DNA of 64,000 nt from Octopus sinensis (taxonomy: Eukaryota): NCBI RefSeq assembly GCF_006345805.1, contig NC_042997.1, positions 49,538,001 through 49,602,000 of the forward strand. Reading direction: 5' to 3'. The notes beneath the pieces are model-generated. The model did no database searches, had not been told where the DNA came from, and saw only the letters and a list, made by a program, of their open reading frames with translations. Positions 1 through 12,210 of this stretch are shown here, in pieces. The translations under genes and the position numbers were made by a program. Every line of letters starts with the position of its first letter. The first letter of the stretch is position 1.

Positions 1-24
1 CTCAGTTTTATATATATATACATA

Positions 25-300
25 TATTAGACTAAACAAGGAAACATTCTTCATTGAAAAATACAAGCCCAAACTTAACCATTCCAACATACTTATACAG
101 AGAAATTCACTCCAAAAGAAAGGCAAGAAATTTTAAGCGATTATCTCCCTTACACCGGAAGAAATCACTTATTAACTCCCCTTATCTGGAACTCTTCTCA
201 ACGTAAACATAACGATATAAGAAATTTGAAAAACCTGAGCGCGAAACCGGTCATTCCTTCAAAAACTATGTCATTGTATGAAAAAAAAAAATAACATTCT
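25..300 (+). mobile_element. Penelope-like element 3' remnant (GIY-YIG C-terminus plus pLTR/3' UTR)
   Basis: Translation from ~26 gives IRLNKETFFIEKYKPKLN, matching the R-x3-E-x3-I-x4-P-x-LN end of PLE GIY-YIG endonucleases; GAAACCGGTC near 243 resembles a decayed hammerhead 3' half. Confidence 0.55.
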
Positions 301-416
301 TCAGACATATTGACTCAAATATATATTTTTAACCTTTTAAAACAAGCCTTCTGTAGTTTTTTCACTTTTTACTATTTTCTATATACATATATATAATATA
401 TATATATATATATAAT

Positions 417-454
<38 letters not shown>

Positions 455-639
455 ATCTATATATATATATATATTATATATATATACATATATATGTGTG
501 TGTGTGTGTGTGTATGTGTGTGTGTACGCTAGAAATAAACGCCCAAATAGTCTACAAACCACTTAAGTTATTACTCCATTACCAGAAGGTTGGTTTACAC
601 TACTGAATAGTGGAAACCGTTTTTAATATCGCAAACCAT

Positions 640-686
640 GGAACTATGGCGTTTTTATCCCGAGCAACGCCGGGTATCTCTGCTAG
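640..686 (+). mobile_element. Helitron 3' end fragment
   Basis: CCCGAGCAACGCCGGG hairpin followed by TGCTAG|T, the same terminus as the Helitron at 62806-63189. Confidence 0.6.
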
Positions 687-857
687 TATAATATATAATA
701 CAATATAATATGATGTGATATGATATGATATTGCAGATATACATACATGTGCATAAATGTATGTATGTATATAGGTATGAATGTATGTATACGCACACAT
801 ATACTCGTATGTATGCATATGTATGTACGTATGTATGCATGTATGTGTGTATGTATA

Positions 858-888
<31 letters not shown>

Positions 889-963
889 GTGTGTGTGTAT
901 ATATAGGTATGGATATGTATATGTTTGTATGTAGGTATGTACGTATATATGTCTATCAGTCTC

Positions 964-1015
<52 letters not shown>

Positions 1016-1031
1016 GCTATCTATCTATCTA

Positions 1032-1065
<34 letters not shown>

Positions 1066-1444
1066 ATCTATCTATCTAACTAACCTATATACAATGCTGA
1101 TGTGGTAATGGGTGCTGGCCCATGTTTGTGACTGTCCCTATTCCGAATTTGTCAATATACTACTACTACTACTACTACTACTTCTGTCACTCCCTTACTT
1201 GCTCCCACCCCTTGTAATCTCTCTTCCCCTGTTCTCTATTCTACTTCTCAACTTCCCCCACCTTCCCCACACAATAGCCCTTCCTCAAGTGCTCTGCTTG
1301 TTGTTTCCAGAAATGGCTCTGAATAAAGTAGCAGTAACATCATTCAATGTCGTTCAATTTACCTCAGTTGATCGATTGCCCTGTTGAGTAAACATATCAG
1401 TAATGTACATGTAATGATTACTGGAAACAGCTACAAGGCAAATT

Positions 1445-2040
1445 TGATCACATGGTTCCGGGTTCAGTCCCACTGCGTGGCACCTTAGGCAAGTGTCTTC
1501 TACTATAGCCTCGGGCTGACCAAAACCTTGTGAGTGGATGTGGTAGACGGAAACTGAAAGAAACCCCTCGTATATATGTACATATATATGTATGTATTCA
1601 ATTAAAGCAAATAATATTACAAGAAATCCTAAAATATCTTTATATCTATGATAATGATGAAAAGAAATTTTATCCAAATTTCTTTTTAATCCCAATGGAT
1701 TACTTGAACCCCCTTCATGTAAAAACAAAAAATGTAAAATAACTAAACCCCCAATAATAAAAGGAAACAAAAAATGAAAACAAAAAACCGACTTAAAGTA
1801 GCATTATCTTTGTGTGTATATGTTTGTGTGTCTGTGTTTGTTCCCCCAACATCGCTTGACAACCGATGCTGGTGTGTTTACGTCCCCGTAACTTAGCGGT
1901 TCGGCATAAGAGACTGATAGAATAAGTACTAGGCTTACAAAGAATAAGTCCTGGGGTCGATTTGTTCGACTAAAAGGTGGTGCTCCAGCATGGCCACAGT
2001 CAAATGACTGAAAAATTTTAAGGAGTAAAAGAGTAAAGAG
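1445..2040 (+). mobile_element. SINE family A (tRNA-like head, internal TA/TG microsatellite, tail), split by a cytb NUMT
   Basis: Head CATGGTTCCGGGTTCAGTCCCACTGCGTGGCACCTT and tail GGTGCTCCAGCATGGCCACAGTCAAATGACTG match about 10 other copies in the window. Confidence 0.85.
1596..1810 (-). pseudogene. cytb: NUMT: mitochondrial cytochrome b fragment
   Basis: Minus strand reads DNATLSRFF / (1-nt deletion) / [55 protein letters not shown] (AGA=Ser, invertebrate mitochondrial code), containing the cytb NATL-RFF-HF and LHxxGSxNPLG motifs. Confidence 0.93.
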
Positions 2041-2189
2041 TAATGAAAGAATTATATGTGATGACCTTTATTTACAACAAAAAGTTTAACAATTGCTTCT
2101 AAGTTTGGCTTTTGTAATCTGATGAAGACTATATAGAAGAAACTTCGAAATAACTGTGAATGTTTATATTGTAGATAAAAGTCAACAGG

Positions 2190-2345
2190 TCCATGCGTGG
2201 TATGAAGCTTTCTTCCCAACCACATGGTTCCGGGTTCAGTCCCACTGCGTGGCACCATGGGCAAGTGTCTTCTACTATAGCCTTGGCTGACCAAAACCTT
2301 GTGAGTGGATTTGGTAGACAGAAACTAAAAAAAGCCCGTCGTATA
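2190..2345 (+). mobile_element. SINE family A 5' half (3' half at ~5095-5285)
   Basis: Family A head ending AAAGCCCGTCG, then (TA)n. Confidence 0.8.
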
Positions 2346-2365
2346 TATATATATTATATATATAT

Positions 2366-3585
2366 ATATTGTTATATTTCGGAATGGTCATATTGCCAGT
2401 TTAGCCAATAAAAACACACGCACTATATATTTGGTGTTATTTTTCTTCAGTGATATTTATTTTTTACATAATCTTAATCTTATTTCGGCCAAAGTTCTTT
2501 CGTCACACTCCTGTGACCGCATCAGTGGTCCTTTGTTTTCTTCTCACTTACTTGTGTCTCTCCTTACTAACCGTCAGCCATTTTGTATTTCTATTGTATG
2601 TCTTCATTTGCGCATGCTTATATCTCTATGTGCGTCTATGTTTATTTAGTGTGTGTGTGGGGGGGATGCCTGTAATATTTGTATCTTCTGGTTATATACA
2701 TTCTTGTAATTGTATTTTGTTTTTGTTGTTGTTGCTTTTGTTCTAATTTTGTTCATGTGTTTACATCCACCCATTATTATCATTACATATGCTTGTATGT
2801 ATGTATAACAACAATATTAGTAATAATAATAATAATCTAATCGAAAAAAAAAAAAAAGAATTACATATACATATATATATATACATACATATACATATAC
2901 ATATATATATATATATATAATATATATATACATATATACACACATATATACACAATACATATACATATATATACACATATACATATATATAGATATTCAT
3001 TTCTATTTCTTTAATTACCTGTGTATTTATTATGTTTGCAGGATCCACTATTGTCATATGTTGTGGTGTGCGCTATTGCTCCATTCTAGTTTTCTATTCA
3101 GGCTAGGTTTATTTTCTATTATATGTGTAGCTTCTGTAATTGTCTAATTGTTGCATCTGTTCTATGTGTGGACAATATCTTAATCTCTATGTTATTGATT
3201 GATCCCCCGTGTTCTTGTTCGGCGTGTTGGTACAGAATCGATGAGCTTTTACCTTCCTTGAGTTGTCTCCAATGTTCATTCACCCGCTCACCAATGCTTC
3301 TTGCAGTTTCCCCTACGTATGTTACTGTCTTGTTACTGCATCGTCCCTCTATACATCTTATACTATAGACCACATTTCTGGCTTTACAGTTCGTTTGTGG
3401 GCTAAATCTACATACAGTGCAATAGTTATCCGTACAGAGAGTTCTACTAAAAGGATAGCTTCTACCAATTATAGATCTGATAGGGTGCCTGGCTTTTCAA
3501 CAACCTTAATTCTTAGTTTAAGTTTATCTAGGGTCCTTCTAAAGCGGTACGCTAGTTCACCTCCAGGGGTGGTGTCAACGAACAT
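2366..3585 (-). mobile_element. Penelope-like element, inverted copy (left arm of palindrome)
   Basis: Near-exact reverse complement of 3760-4969; encodes VYSIRC...[16 protein letters not shown] (GIY-YIG) on the minus strand. Confidence 0.9.
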
Positions 3586-3970
3586 AAAGAAAGGATCAGA
3601 GTATACAAAGGAGCCATGAAGAAATTTGATAATATATTATGTAATGATAGGAATGGGATTTGCCCACTCTATAGGAACAAGTCATGGAACACTATAGAAA
3701 GGACAAAAAGAAAATAGGAAGGCCAACTCTTGGTATGATAGCATAAATACCAGAGTGTCATGTTCGTTGACACCACCCCTGGAGGTGAACTAGCGTACCG
3801 CTTTAGAAGGACCCTAGATAAACTTAAACTAAGAATTAAGGTTGTTGAAAAGCCAGGCAACCTATCAGATCTATAATTGGTAGAAGCTATCCTTTAGTAG
3901 AACTCTCTGTACGGATAACTATTGCACTGTATGTAGATTTAGCCCACAAACGAACTGTAAAGCCAGAAAT

Positions 3971-4291
3971 GTGGTCTATAGTATAAGATGTATAGAGGGA
4001 CGATGCAGTAACAAGACAGTAACATACGTAGGGGAAACTGCAAGAAGCATTGGTGAGCGGGTGAATGAACATTGGAGACAACTCAAGGAAGGTAAAAGCT
4101 CATCGATTCTGTACCAACACGCCGAACAAGAACACGGGGGATCAATCAATAACATAGAGATTAAGATATTGTCCACACATAGAACAGATGCAACAATTAG
4201 ACAAATTACAGAAGCTACACATATAATAGAAAATAAACCTAGCCTGAATAGAAAACTAGAATGGAGCAATAGCGCACACCACAACATATGA
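3971..4291 (+). CDS. GIY-YIG endonuclease domain of the Penelope-like element (fragment of a larger ORF)
   Basis: VYSI...YVGET..R...EH...LxxH...E...P.LN motif order. Confidence 0.85.
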   Translation: MVYSIRCIEGRCSNKTVTYVGETARSIGERVNEHWRQLKEGKSSSILYQHAEQEHGGSINNIEIKILSTHRTDATIRQITEATHIIENKPSLNRKLEWSNSAHHNI

Positions 4292-4802
4292 CAATAGTGG
4301 ATCCTGCAAACATAATAAATACACAGGTAATTAAAGAAATAGAAATGAATATCTATATATATGTATATGTGTATATATATGTATATGTATATGTGTATAT
4401 ATGTGTGTATATATGTATATATATATATGTATATGTATATGTATGTATATATATATATGTATATGTATATTCTTTTTTTTTTTTTTTTTCGATTAGATTT
4501 ATTATTATTATTACTAATATTGTTGTTATACATACATACAAGCATATGTAATGATAATGATGGGTGGATGTAAACACATGAACCAAAATTAGAACAAAAG
4601 CAACAACAAAAAAACAAAATACAAATTACAAGAATGTATATAACCAGAAGATACAAATATTACAGGCATCCCCCCACACGCACACTAAATAAACATAGAC
4701 GCACATAGAGATATAAGCATGCGCAAGTGAAGACATACAATAGAAATACAAAATGGCTGACGGTTAGTAAGGAGAGACACAAGTAAGTGAGAAGAAAACA
4801 AA

Positions 4803-4847
4803 GGACCACTGATGCGGTCACAGGAGTGTGACGAAAGAACTTTGGCC
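4803..4847 (+). ncRNA. Putative type I hammerhead-ribozyme variant in the PLE pLTR (mirror copy 2487-2531, minus strand)
   Basis: CCA-CTGATGC-G-GTCACA(GGAG)TGTGAC-GAAA-GAAC-TT-TGG: stem I CCA/TGG, perfect 6-bp stem II, minimal stem III; core A9 replaced by C. Confidence 0.5.
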
Positions 4848-5023
4848 GAAATAAGATTAAGATTAATGTAAAAAATAAATATCACTGAAGCAAAATAACA
4901 CCAAATATATAGTGCGTGTGTTTTTATTGGCTAAACTGGCAATATGACCATTCCGAAATATAACAATATCTGTTTCAACACACGACTTCACATAAAAAAT
5001 CTTGCACAACAAATATTTAAACG

Positions 5024-5054
<31 letters not shown>

Positions 5055-5094
5055 TATATATATATACATATGTGTGTGTGTGTGTGTGTGTGTA

Positions 5095-5285
5095 TTTGTC
5101 CCCTGCCCCCATCGCTTGACAACTGATGTTGGTGTGTTTATGTCCCCGCAGTTCGGCAAAACAGTTCGATAAAATAAGTACTAGGCTTAGAAAGATTAAG
5201 TCCCAGGGTCTGTTTGTTCGACTAATGCCGATGCTCTAGCATGGCCGCTGTCAAATGACTGAAAAAAGTATAAGAATAAAAGAAT
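5095..5285 (+). mobile_element. SINE family A 3' half
   Basis: ATCGCTTGACAACTGATG...GCATGGCCGCTGTCAAATGACTGAA, completing the head at 2190-2345. Confidence 0.8.
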
Positions 5286-7025
5286 GTTAGTCTAATTTTC
5301 AGTTTTGAGTGATGCTTCAGTTTAATAGTTTGCCGTTTTTTTTAAAAATAATTTCTATAATTGTATATAAATTAAAATCCAGAAAATGGAGGAGTAGCAT
5401 TAAGATGATTTATTAACTGCAAAACTTCAACATGTTCATTTACAGTTGTTTCCTGTTTTGTTCAAAAGAATTAAATTCCACTAATTAAAACATTTTATTG
5501 CGCAAAACCTCGACTGTTGAAATGTTTTGGAAGAATAACATGTAATAATCTAACGATGTCTTTTTTTACTCCTCTGACGAGACCTTGCCCAATAAAATGT
5601 TTTAATTACTGGAATTTAATTCTTTTGGGCAAAATCGAAACAGGTGTAAGTGAACAAGTTGAATTTTTGCAGTTAATAAATTATATTAATTCTACTTCTC
5701 CATTCTCTGGATTTTAATTTGAATATTTATAAACCAAGATTTATACTTAAACCTATTATTTAAGGAAAATTACTATTCACAGCAAAATAATAGTTAACAA
5801 ACCAGTAATTCATTGGTTATTTTCTATCCCTTAAGGTGGTTATTTTAACCTCTATTTAAACTTATAATTGTATATAAAAACCGACATTGGTGCATGTAAG
5901 TGAGTACACACACACTCACGCATTCGCGCGCAACACATACATACCTTGTTAATTTATTTCAGTTCTCAGCACACACCGTTCAAATCTTGTCGTGGTTGAT
6001 TTGGTGATTTATCATTTCGGGATCAATGAAATACAGTTCGACTCTAATTCAACCCACTTCACGACGATGGTCGAACTTTCAGATCGTCGGACGATAATTT
6101 TTAGATTTTGTTCTATTTCTTTGCACTGTCTGTTTTTGGTTTATTGACGTAATCAGCTCTCCCGTTTAATCTTGTCTGCTGATCTTCTGCTGTATTTAAT
6201 CGAGTTCCTTGTGCCACAAGTAGTAGGGCTAAGTCCCCAACTTGAAGATAAACTTCTCTTTGGCTCTCACTAGTTTCAGAGGCTCTGAGAAAAAAAGAAA
6301 AGGAAAAAAGATTATTGGCAATGTTCCTTCTGAACTTTGTGCATGAGCGCGCGCATATGTTATGCATTTAGCTCACAAAGGAAACAAACTCTTCTCATAC
6401 AAGCTTTGAGAGATGATATTGAATTTTTCAGAAATTAAATATGGTTACTTGCATGGATGTTCACATATTTTGCATGCAAGTACAAAATTTGCGCACAAGC
6501 AAATTTCTGCTCACATACTCAGCAAAATAATTTGGGAGAACAATGGTTGCACTTCTCTGCCTTACAAAATGGTGACAATGAAGGAAATTCAAATAATTTC
6601 GTCCATGGTCTGAAGAAAGAATTACGTGATCATGGCTGAAAACTGTTTCATCATAGATCTGCACGAAGTGAGTTTACTAGGTACTAAATTACAAGAAATT
6701 TCAAAGCAAAGAAGGAGCATTTAAATGTTTTCGGTTTCATGGCATAGTAGAATAAGTAGTCAGATCTCTCTCAAATCACAAACTACTATTTAAGGGAAAG
6801 AAGGATATTGATAGCAAAGTAAGTTAGTCGTAGAAGCTTTCTAACCTGAAAGGACATGGTTGTCATTACGAAAATGTCTTTGATTAGAAAGATTCTATGT
6901 CTGATCAAAATTATAGAGAGCTAAGTGACGACGTCAACAATAAAATAACAACAACATTGGCAAAAGTAGTGAATATTAATCATTGTAAATTTGAATAAAC
7001 CAATTGCTTGTGAGGAAATAGAAAT

Positions 7026-7261
7026 ATCTTATTTCTTTATTGCCCACAAAGGGCTAAACATAGAGGGGACAAACAAGGACAGACAAACGGATTAAGTCGA
7101 TTACATTGACCTCAGTGCGTAACTGGTACTTAATTTATCGACCCCCAAAGGATGAAAGGCAAAGTCGAACTCGGTGGAATTCGAACTCAGAACGTAACGG
7201 CAGACGAAATACCGCTAAGCATTTCGCCCGGTGTGCAAACGATTCTGCCAGCTCGCCGCCT
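7026..7261 (-). mobile_element. SINE family B (tRNA-like head, Meta-domain-like core GCCTTTCATCCTTTCGGGGTCGATAA)
   Basis: Reverse complement starts GGCGGCGAGCTGGCAGAA; more than 12 homologous copies in the window. Confidence 0.85.
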
Positions 7262-8334
7262 TATCTAACGTTTCGTAAGAACCGTTTGTCGCTGGTGTGC
7301 TTGGATTTTAAAGAACTGGTAAAAAGAAAGGATATGAATGTTTCGCTCCAATTAAACCTTACAGAGGGGAAATATTAATATTTAGGAGGCACAACACTCA
7401 TCGGAGTTATTTTCTCTTATTTGTAATTTTGATAATCACATTCAGACTCGATGCATTCAAGTTTCGTTTTTTTTTTTTTTATTTCAGCTCAGTTGTTGGG
7501 TAAATGTTGATTATAGTTAATAAATTCCAATACTTACTTCGACTGTCATAGGAGGACTATTTATATTAAAGGAGGACAAATAACAACAGCTAAAACTACA
7601 ACAGTAACAACATTAAAACAAGAACAACAAAGCAGAAGAGATGAAAGGCGTAGTTGAACCCTAAGGAATTTGCACTGTGTAGGTCACCGAAGCTTTATAC
7701 TTTAGGGTAAGAGCGCAGTACATCGACTCAGTACAACAATTTGTTTCCCTGTTGTTTTCCATCTTTTTGTGTGAGTGAAGGAGGCGAGGTTTCTTGAACA
7801 ACTCCACTTATGTACAATGAAGTATTTACTCCAACATTGTTCCGTTTCTTCCATTCCTTTTATATTCAAGCATTTATATAACCTATGCGATGCAACCAAA
7901 CACTCCCCATTCACCGACCGATAAAAAGATTACCCTTTCTCCAGCATTGACAAAAAAAATAAAAAAAATAAAAACAAGATTAATGTCAACTAAAAGCAAT
8001 CTTGAAGCTGAAAACGAAAACTGAGAAGTTGTCCTCTTAGTGTCGAGGTTATTTCCAAATATAGACATTAATAAGAAAATAGCGATAAAACCCGCCCATG
8101 AAATTTGATCTGCTCTCATATCACTTGAACGTCCACTAAATACACATACACCAATAAATAAATGCAGGCAAGCGCAGATACACGCATTTAGAGAAATGCA
8201 TAGATAAAGTTACATATATACATACATACACTTTGGTACACACATATCTCTAGGGTATACTGTACACACCCGAAAATACACAAACTGTCATTAAATTTGT
8301 CATCCATTTATATAAAAGTGCATAGAAAAAATAT

Positions 8335-8570
<236 letters not shown>

Positions 8571-8799
8571 ATGCGCTATAATCCGTTAGCAGTCAGCCAC
8601 TACTTAACTTTCATTAATGCATTCTTTTTGAGAAGTTACACTGATATCAAGACTGAAGGATCTTCGCCATAGTGGACGACACTCCCCCACATTCGTGTCT
8701 GCGACCTTTATTAATATCAAATATCTTGTCTTGCCCTACAGCTGGATTCCACCGATAGAGAAAAAGTTTATTGAGGTGTCGTGGACAACTATATGTATA

Positions 8800-8877
<78 letters not shown>

Positions 8878-9577
8878 ATATATATGATATATGTATGTAT
8901 GTCTGTATATATTTTCTTCTATCTTTTCTCTTTTCAAAGAATATATTTCTCCAGCTTTCGCTATTTTACTCTCCAGGTTTGTCTTCGTTCGGTTTCCTTG
9001 CTTGTCTCCACTGTCCTGTTTTTGTTTCCAACTTTGACCCTCCATAAGTCCAAAATTTTATATTGGTACTTATAGGAGCAACTGTTTTCGGAGACTCACA
9101 TTGTCGTTCAATGCTCGAAATGAGGAGCAGGTAGACAGCCGGCAACTGATAAAGGGTCGTTCTTTATGCTAATTGTCCTGTTTTCTGTTTGTTTCTCTCG
9201 TTGTGTGCGTATTGAACTCAAGGGTGGATGCTACTGTAGCATGCGTGTGTGTTTCGTCACACTTAACTAGGAATTCTCAACCCCGAGCATGAAAGTACTG
9301 CAAGGGGTATGCAAGTGAAATTATAAGCTGTGCGCGAGGATTGTAAAAACCCTAGGATTTAAAGTAATCACAAGCACAAACGGAAATCCATGTCCGGATA
9401 ATGTGCGGAGAGCATTTTCCTGTTCCTGTCTATTTACCAGTGTGAACAAGGATGTTTCTCAATGTTTATAATCGAAAGTATATTGGATGCAATTAAGAAT
9501 AATATTTGGGTGTGTATATATAATTGACTGATGCTACTTTGGGTATCTCCTCATATGTCTATATATATGTGTATATA

Positions 9578-9980
9578 CTCTTTTACTCTTTTGCTTGTTA
9601 CAATCATTTGACTGCGGCCATGCCGGAGCACCGCCTTTAGCCGAGCAAATCGACCCCAGGACTTATTCCTTGTAAGCCTAGTACTTATTCTATCGGTCCC
9701 TTTTGCCGAACCGCTATATTACGGGGACGTAAACACACCACTATCGATTGTCAAGCAATATTGGGGGCACAAACGCAGGCACACAAACATATACACACTC
9801 ATATAAATACATATATACGACGGGCTTCTTTCAGTTTCTGTCTACCAAATCCACTCACAAGGCTTTGGTCGTCCCGAGGCTACAATAGAAAACACTTGCC
9901 CAAGGTGACACGCAGTGGGAATGAACCCGGAACCATGTGGTTGGTAAGCAAGCTACTTACCACACACCCACTCATGCGCC
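9578..9980 (-). mobile_element. SINE family A, full copy
   Basis: Reverse complement of the family A head and tail. Confidence 0.85.
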
Positions 9981-10924
9981 ATATATACAAGCATGTATAT
10001 GTATATGTTTGTATATATGGTGCTCTCAAAACCACGCACTTGATGACGTGCGGCTGCACATTTTCTGCTTGATCATAGTTATTTATATGATATTTATATA
10101 ACAGTATATGGAAAACTTGGTCACTAGCAGCTGTTACCAATGCAGAGAAACGATTGTTGTAATTTATGATTAAAACCAGTTCACTTCATCTTCTCATTCA
10201 AAAACATTTTATGTAAGAGTTTCATACTCTAACGGATTTTCACGTGCGTATCCACTAAATGGAATAATCCTGCTGTATTATGGCATATGGTAGCCGATAA
10301 CCGCATAGGAGCTTCGAAATGCATGTTATGAGGTTATAACCCAGATAATTATTACACACATTTATACACTCATATGTATGTACGTACGTATGTATGTATG
10401 TATGTATGTATGTATGTATGTATGTATGTATGTATGTATGTATGTATGTATGTATGTGTGTGTGTGTGTGTGTGCGTGTGCGTGCATGTGTGTGTATGTA
10501 TTTATATGCAACCACACAGACCTGCGTACACTCAAGTACAAACACACATGCACACATACATGCATGCATACATACATACATACATACATACATACATACA
10601 TACATACATACCCAGACGCATAATGTCAGTGGCAGAAAGCTAAAACAATGACATTTTCATGGAAAACTGTTCTGTTCATAGCTGTGGGGAGAGTGTGTGG
10701 TGAGTGGCTGTGTGGGTGCCTTTTGTATATGCGTTTGAGTGCATGTGTTGGAATATGTATCTATGCGTATGTATGTATGTCTGTGAGTGAGTATGTGCGT
10801 TTGTGTTTGTTCGCTTGTTTGTGTGTGTATGTGTGTGTGTGTGTGTGTGTGTTTCTGTGTGCATGGCAAGAGAAGTTCTAAAAAGCGAGAGGGTGAAGAA
10901 GTTGACAAAACTATCTGAGAACCG

Positions 10925-11120
10925 AACGAGTGTGTTTCTCCTCATTAGAAGAATAAATGGGTGTGTCGTGGGTGTGTCTTGTTTTTGTTTTAGGCATTTA
11001 TTTCTTTATTTCGTATATATGTATATATTGCCTGGTTTCACATTACAATATTCAAATACATGTATGTAGACGTTTGCATTCACACACACACACTTAGACA
11101 CACTTTTTTCCACAGACACT
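10925..11120 (+). repeat. Unclassified interspersed repeat; inverted homologue at ~14575-14790
   Basis: TTCTCCTCATTAGAAG...GGGTGTGTCTTGTTTTTGTTTTAGGCATTTATTT...ATTACAATATTCAAATACATGTATGTA recurs as a reverse complement. Confidence 0.7.
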
Positions 11121-11144
11121 TTTACACACGTATACTCTCTCTCT

Positions 11145-11500
11145 CTTTTATTCTTTTACTTGTCTCAGTCATGTGACTGCGGCCATGCTGGAGCACCACC
11201 TTTAGTCGAGCAAATCGACCCCGGGACTTATTCTTTGTAAGCCCAGTACTTATTCTATTTGCCGAACCGCTAAGTGACGGGGACGTAAACACATCAGCAT
11301 CGGTTGTCAGGCGATGGCGGGGGAGACAAACACAGACACATAAACATACACACACATATATATATACATATACGACAGGCTTCTTTCAGTTTCCGTCTAC
11401 CAAATCCACTCTCAAGGCATTGGTCGGCCCGAGGCTATAGCAGAAGACACTTGCCCAAGATGCCACGCAGTGGGACTGAACCCGGAACCATGTGGTTGGT
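11145..11500 (-). mobile_element. SINE family A
   Basis: Family A homology. Confidence 0.85.
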
Positions 11501-11541
11501 ATATATATATATAATATATATATAATATATATATATATATA

Positions 11542-11702
11542 CCGTATTTTAACGTATATAAGGACCCCCTCCTAATTTTGGGTGCTTAGAATTTGGAAAA
11601 CAGGTTTTGTAACGGATTATAATACTATCCATGTATATGAAACTTCCATATTTTTTAAAGCTAATTTTTGACAAAAAGGCTTACTTATACTCGTTAAATT
11701 AC

Positions 11703-11704
<2 letters not shown>
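11542..11704. mobile_element. Tc1/mariner-pogo-type MITE
   Basis: Imperfect TIRs beginning CCGTATTTTAACG and ending CGTTAAATTACGG, flanked by TA. Confidence 0.7.
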
Positions 11705-11754
<50 letters not shown>

Positions 11755-11822
11755 TATATATGTATGTATGTACGTATACATGTATGGATATATAAGTTAT
11801 ATGTAAAATTATAATTTAGATA

Positions 11823-12210
11823 GGAGGCGCAGGAGTGGCTGTGTGGTAAGTAGCTTGTTTACCAACCACATGGTTCCGGGTTCAGTCCCTCTGCGTGGTA
11901 CCTTGGGGAAGTGTCTTCTACTATAGCCTCGAGCTGACGAAAGCCTTGTCAGTGGATTTGGTAGACGGAAACTGAAAGAAGCCCGTCATATATATGTATA
12001 TGTATATGTGTGTGTATATGTTTGTGTGTCTGTGTTTGTCCTCCAACATCGCATGACAACCGATGCTGGTGTGTTCACGTCCCCGTCACTTAGCGGTTCG
12101 GCAAAAGAGACCGATGGAATAAGTACTAGGCTTCTAAAAAATAAGTCCTGGGGCGATTTGCTCGAATAAAGGCGGTGCTCCAGTATGGCCGCAGTCACAT
12201 GACTGAAACG
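11823..12210 (+). mobile_element. SINE family A, full copy
   Basis: GGCGCAGGAGTGGCTGTGTGGTAAG head through GCAGTCACATGACTGAAAC tail. Confidence 0.88.

Larger units (their letters stand above)
3586..5022 (+). mobile_element. 5'-truncated Penelope-like retroelement (likely Naiad clade): linker, Cys-rich finger, GIY-YIG endonuclease, pLTR
   Basis: Frameshift-corrected reading: PLYRNKSW...SVMFVDTTPGGEL...IKVVEKPG...YPF...CTDNYCTVC...[12 protein letters not shown]...[16 protein letters not shown]...[13 protein letters not shown]. Confidence 0.88.

Noticed and set aside
362-1016. Many 60-220 aa ORFs rich in YI/CV/HT/LS repeats, here and throughout the window
   Set aside because: They are translations of (TA)n, (TG)n, (TATG)n, (ATCT)n and (TTA)n microsatellites, not genes
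1354-1770. 138-aa ORF as a functional cytochrome b
   Set aside because: Only ~70 codons are cytb, the segment is frameshifted, and it runs into antisense SINE sequence
4288-4350. Possible SECIS or selenocysteine readthrough after the GIY-YIG ORF (some Naiads are selenoproteins)
   Set aside because: The TGA is followed two codons later by TAG, no in-frame TGA replaces a Cys in the visible ORF, and I see no convincing SECIS stem; SECISearch would settle it
11823-11900. tRNA genes at SINE heads (also 27700, 50945, 57620-57695, 61195-61330)
   Set aside because: A/B-box-like motifs without a full cloverleaf, continuing into SINE bodies or degenerate sequence
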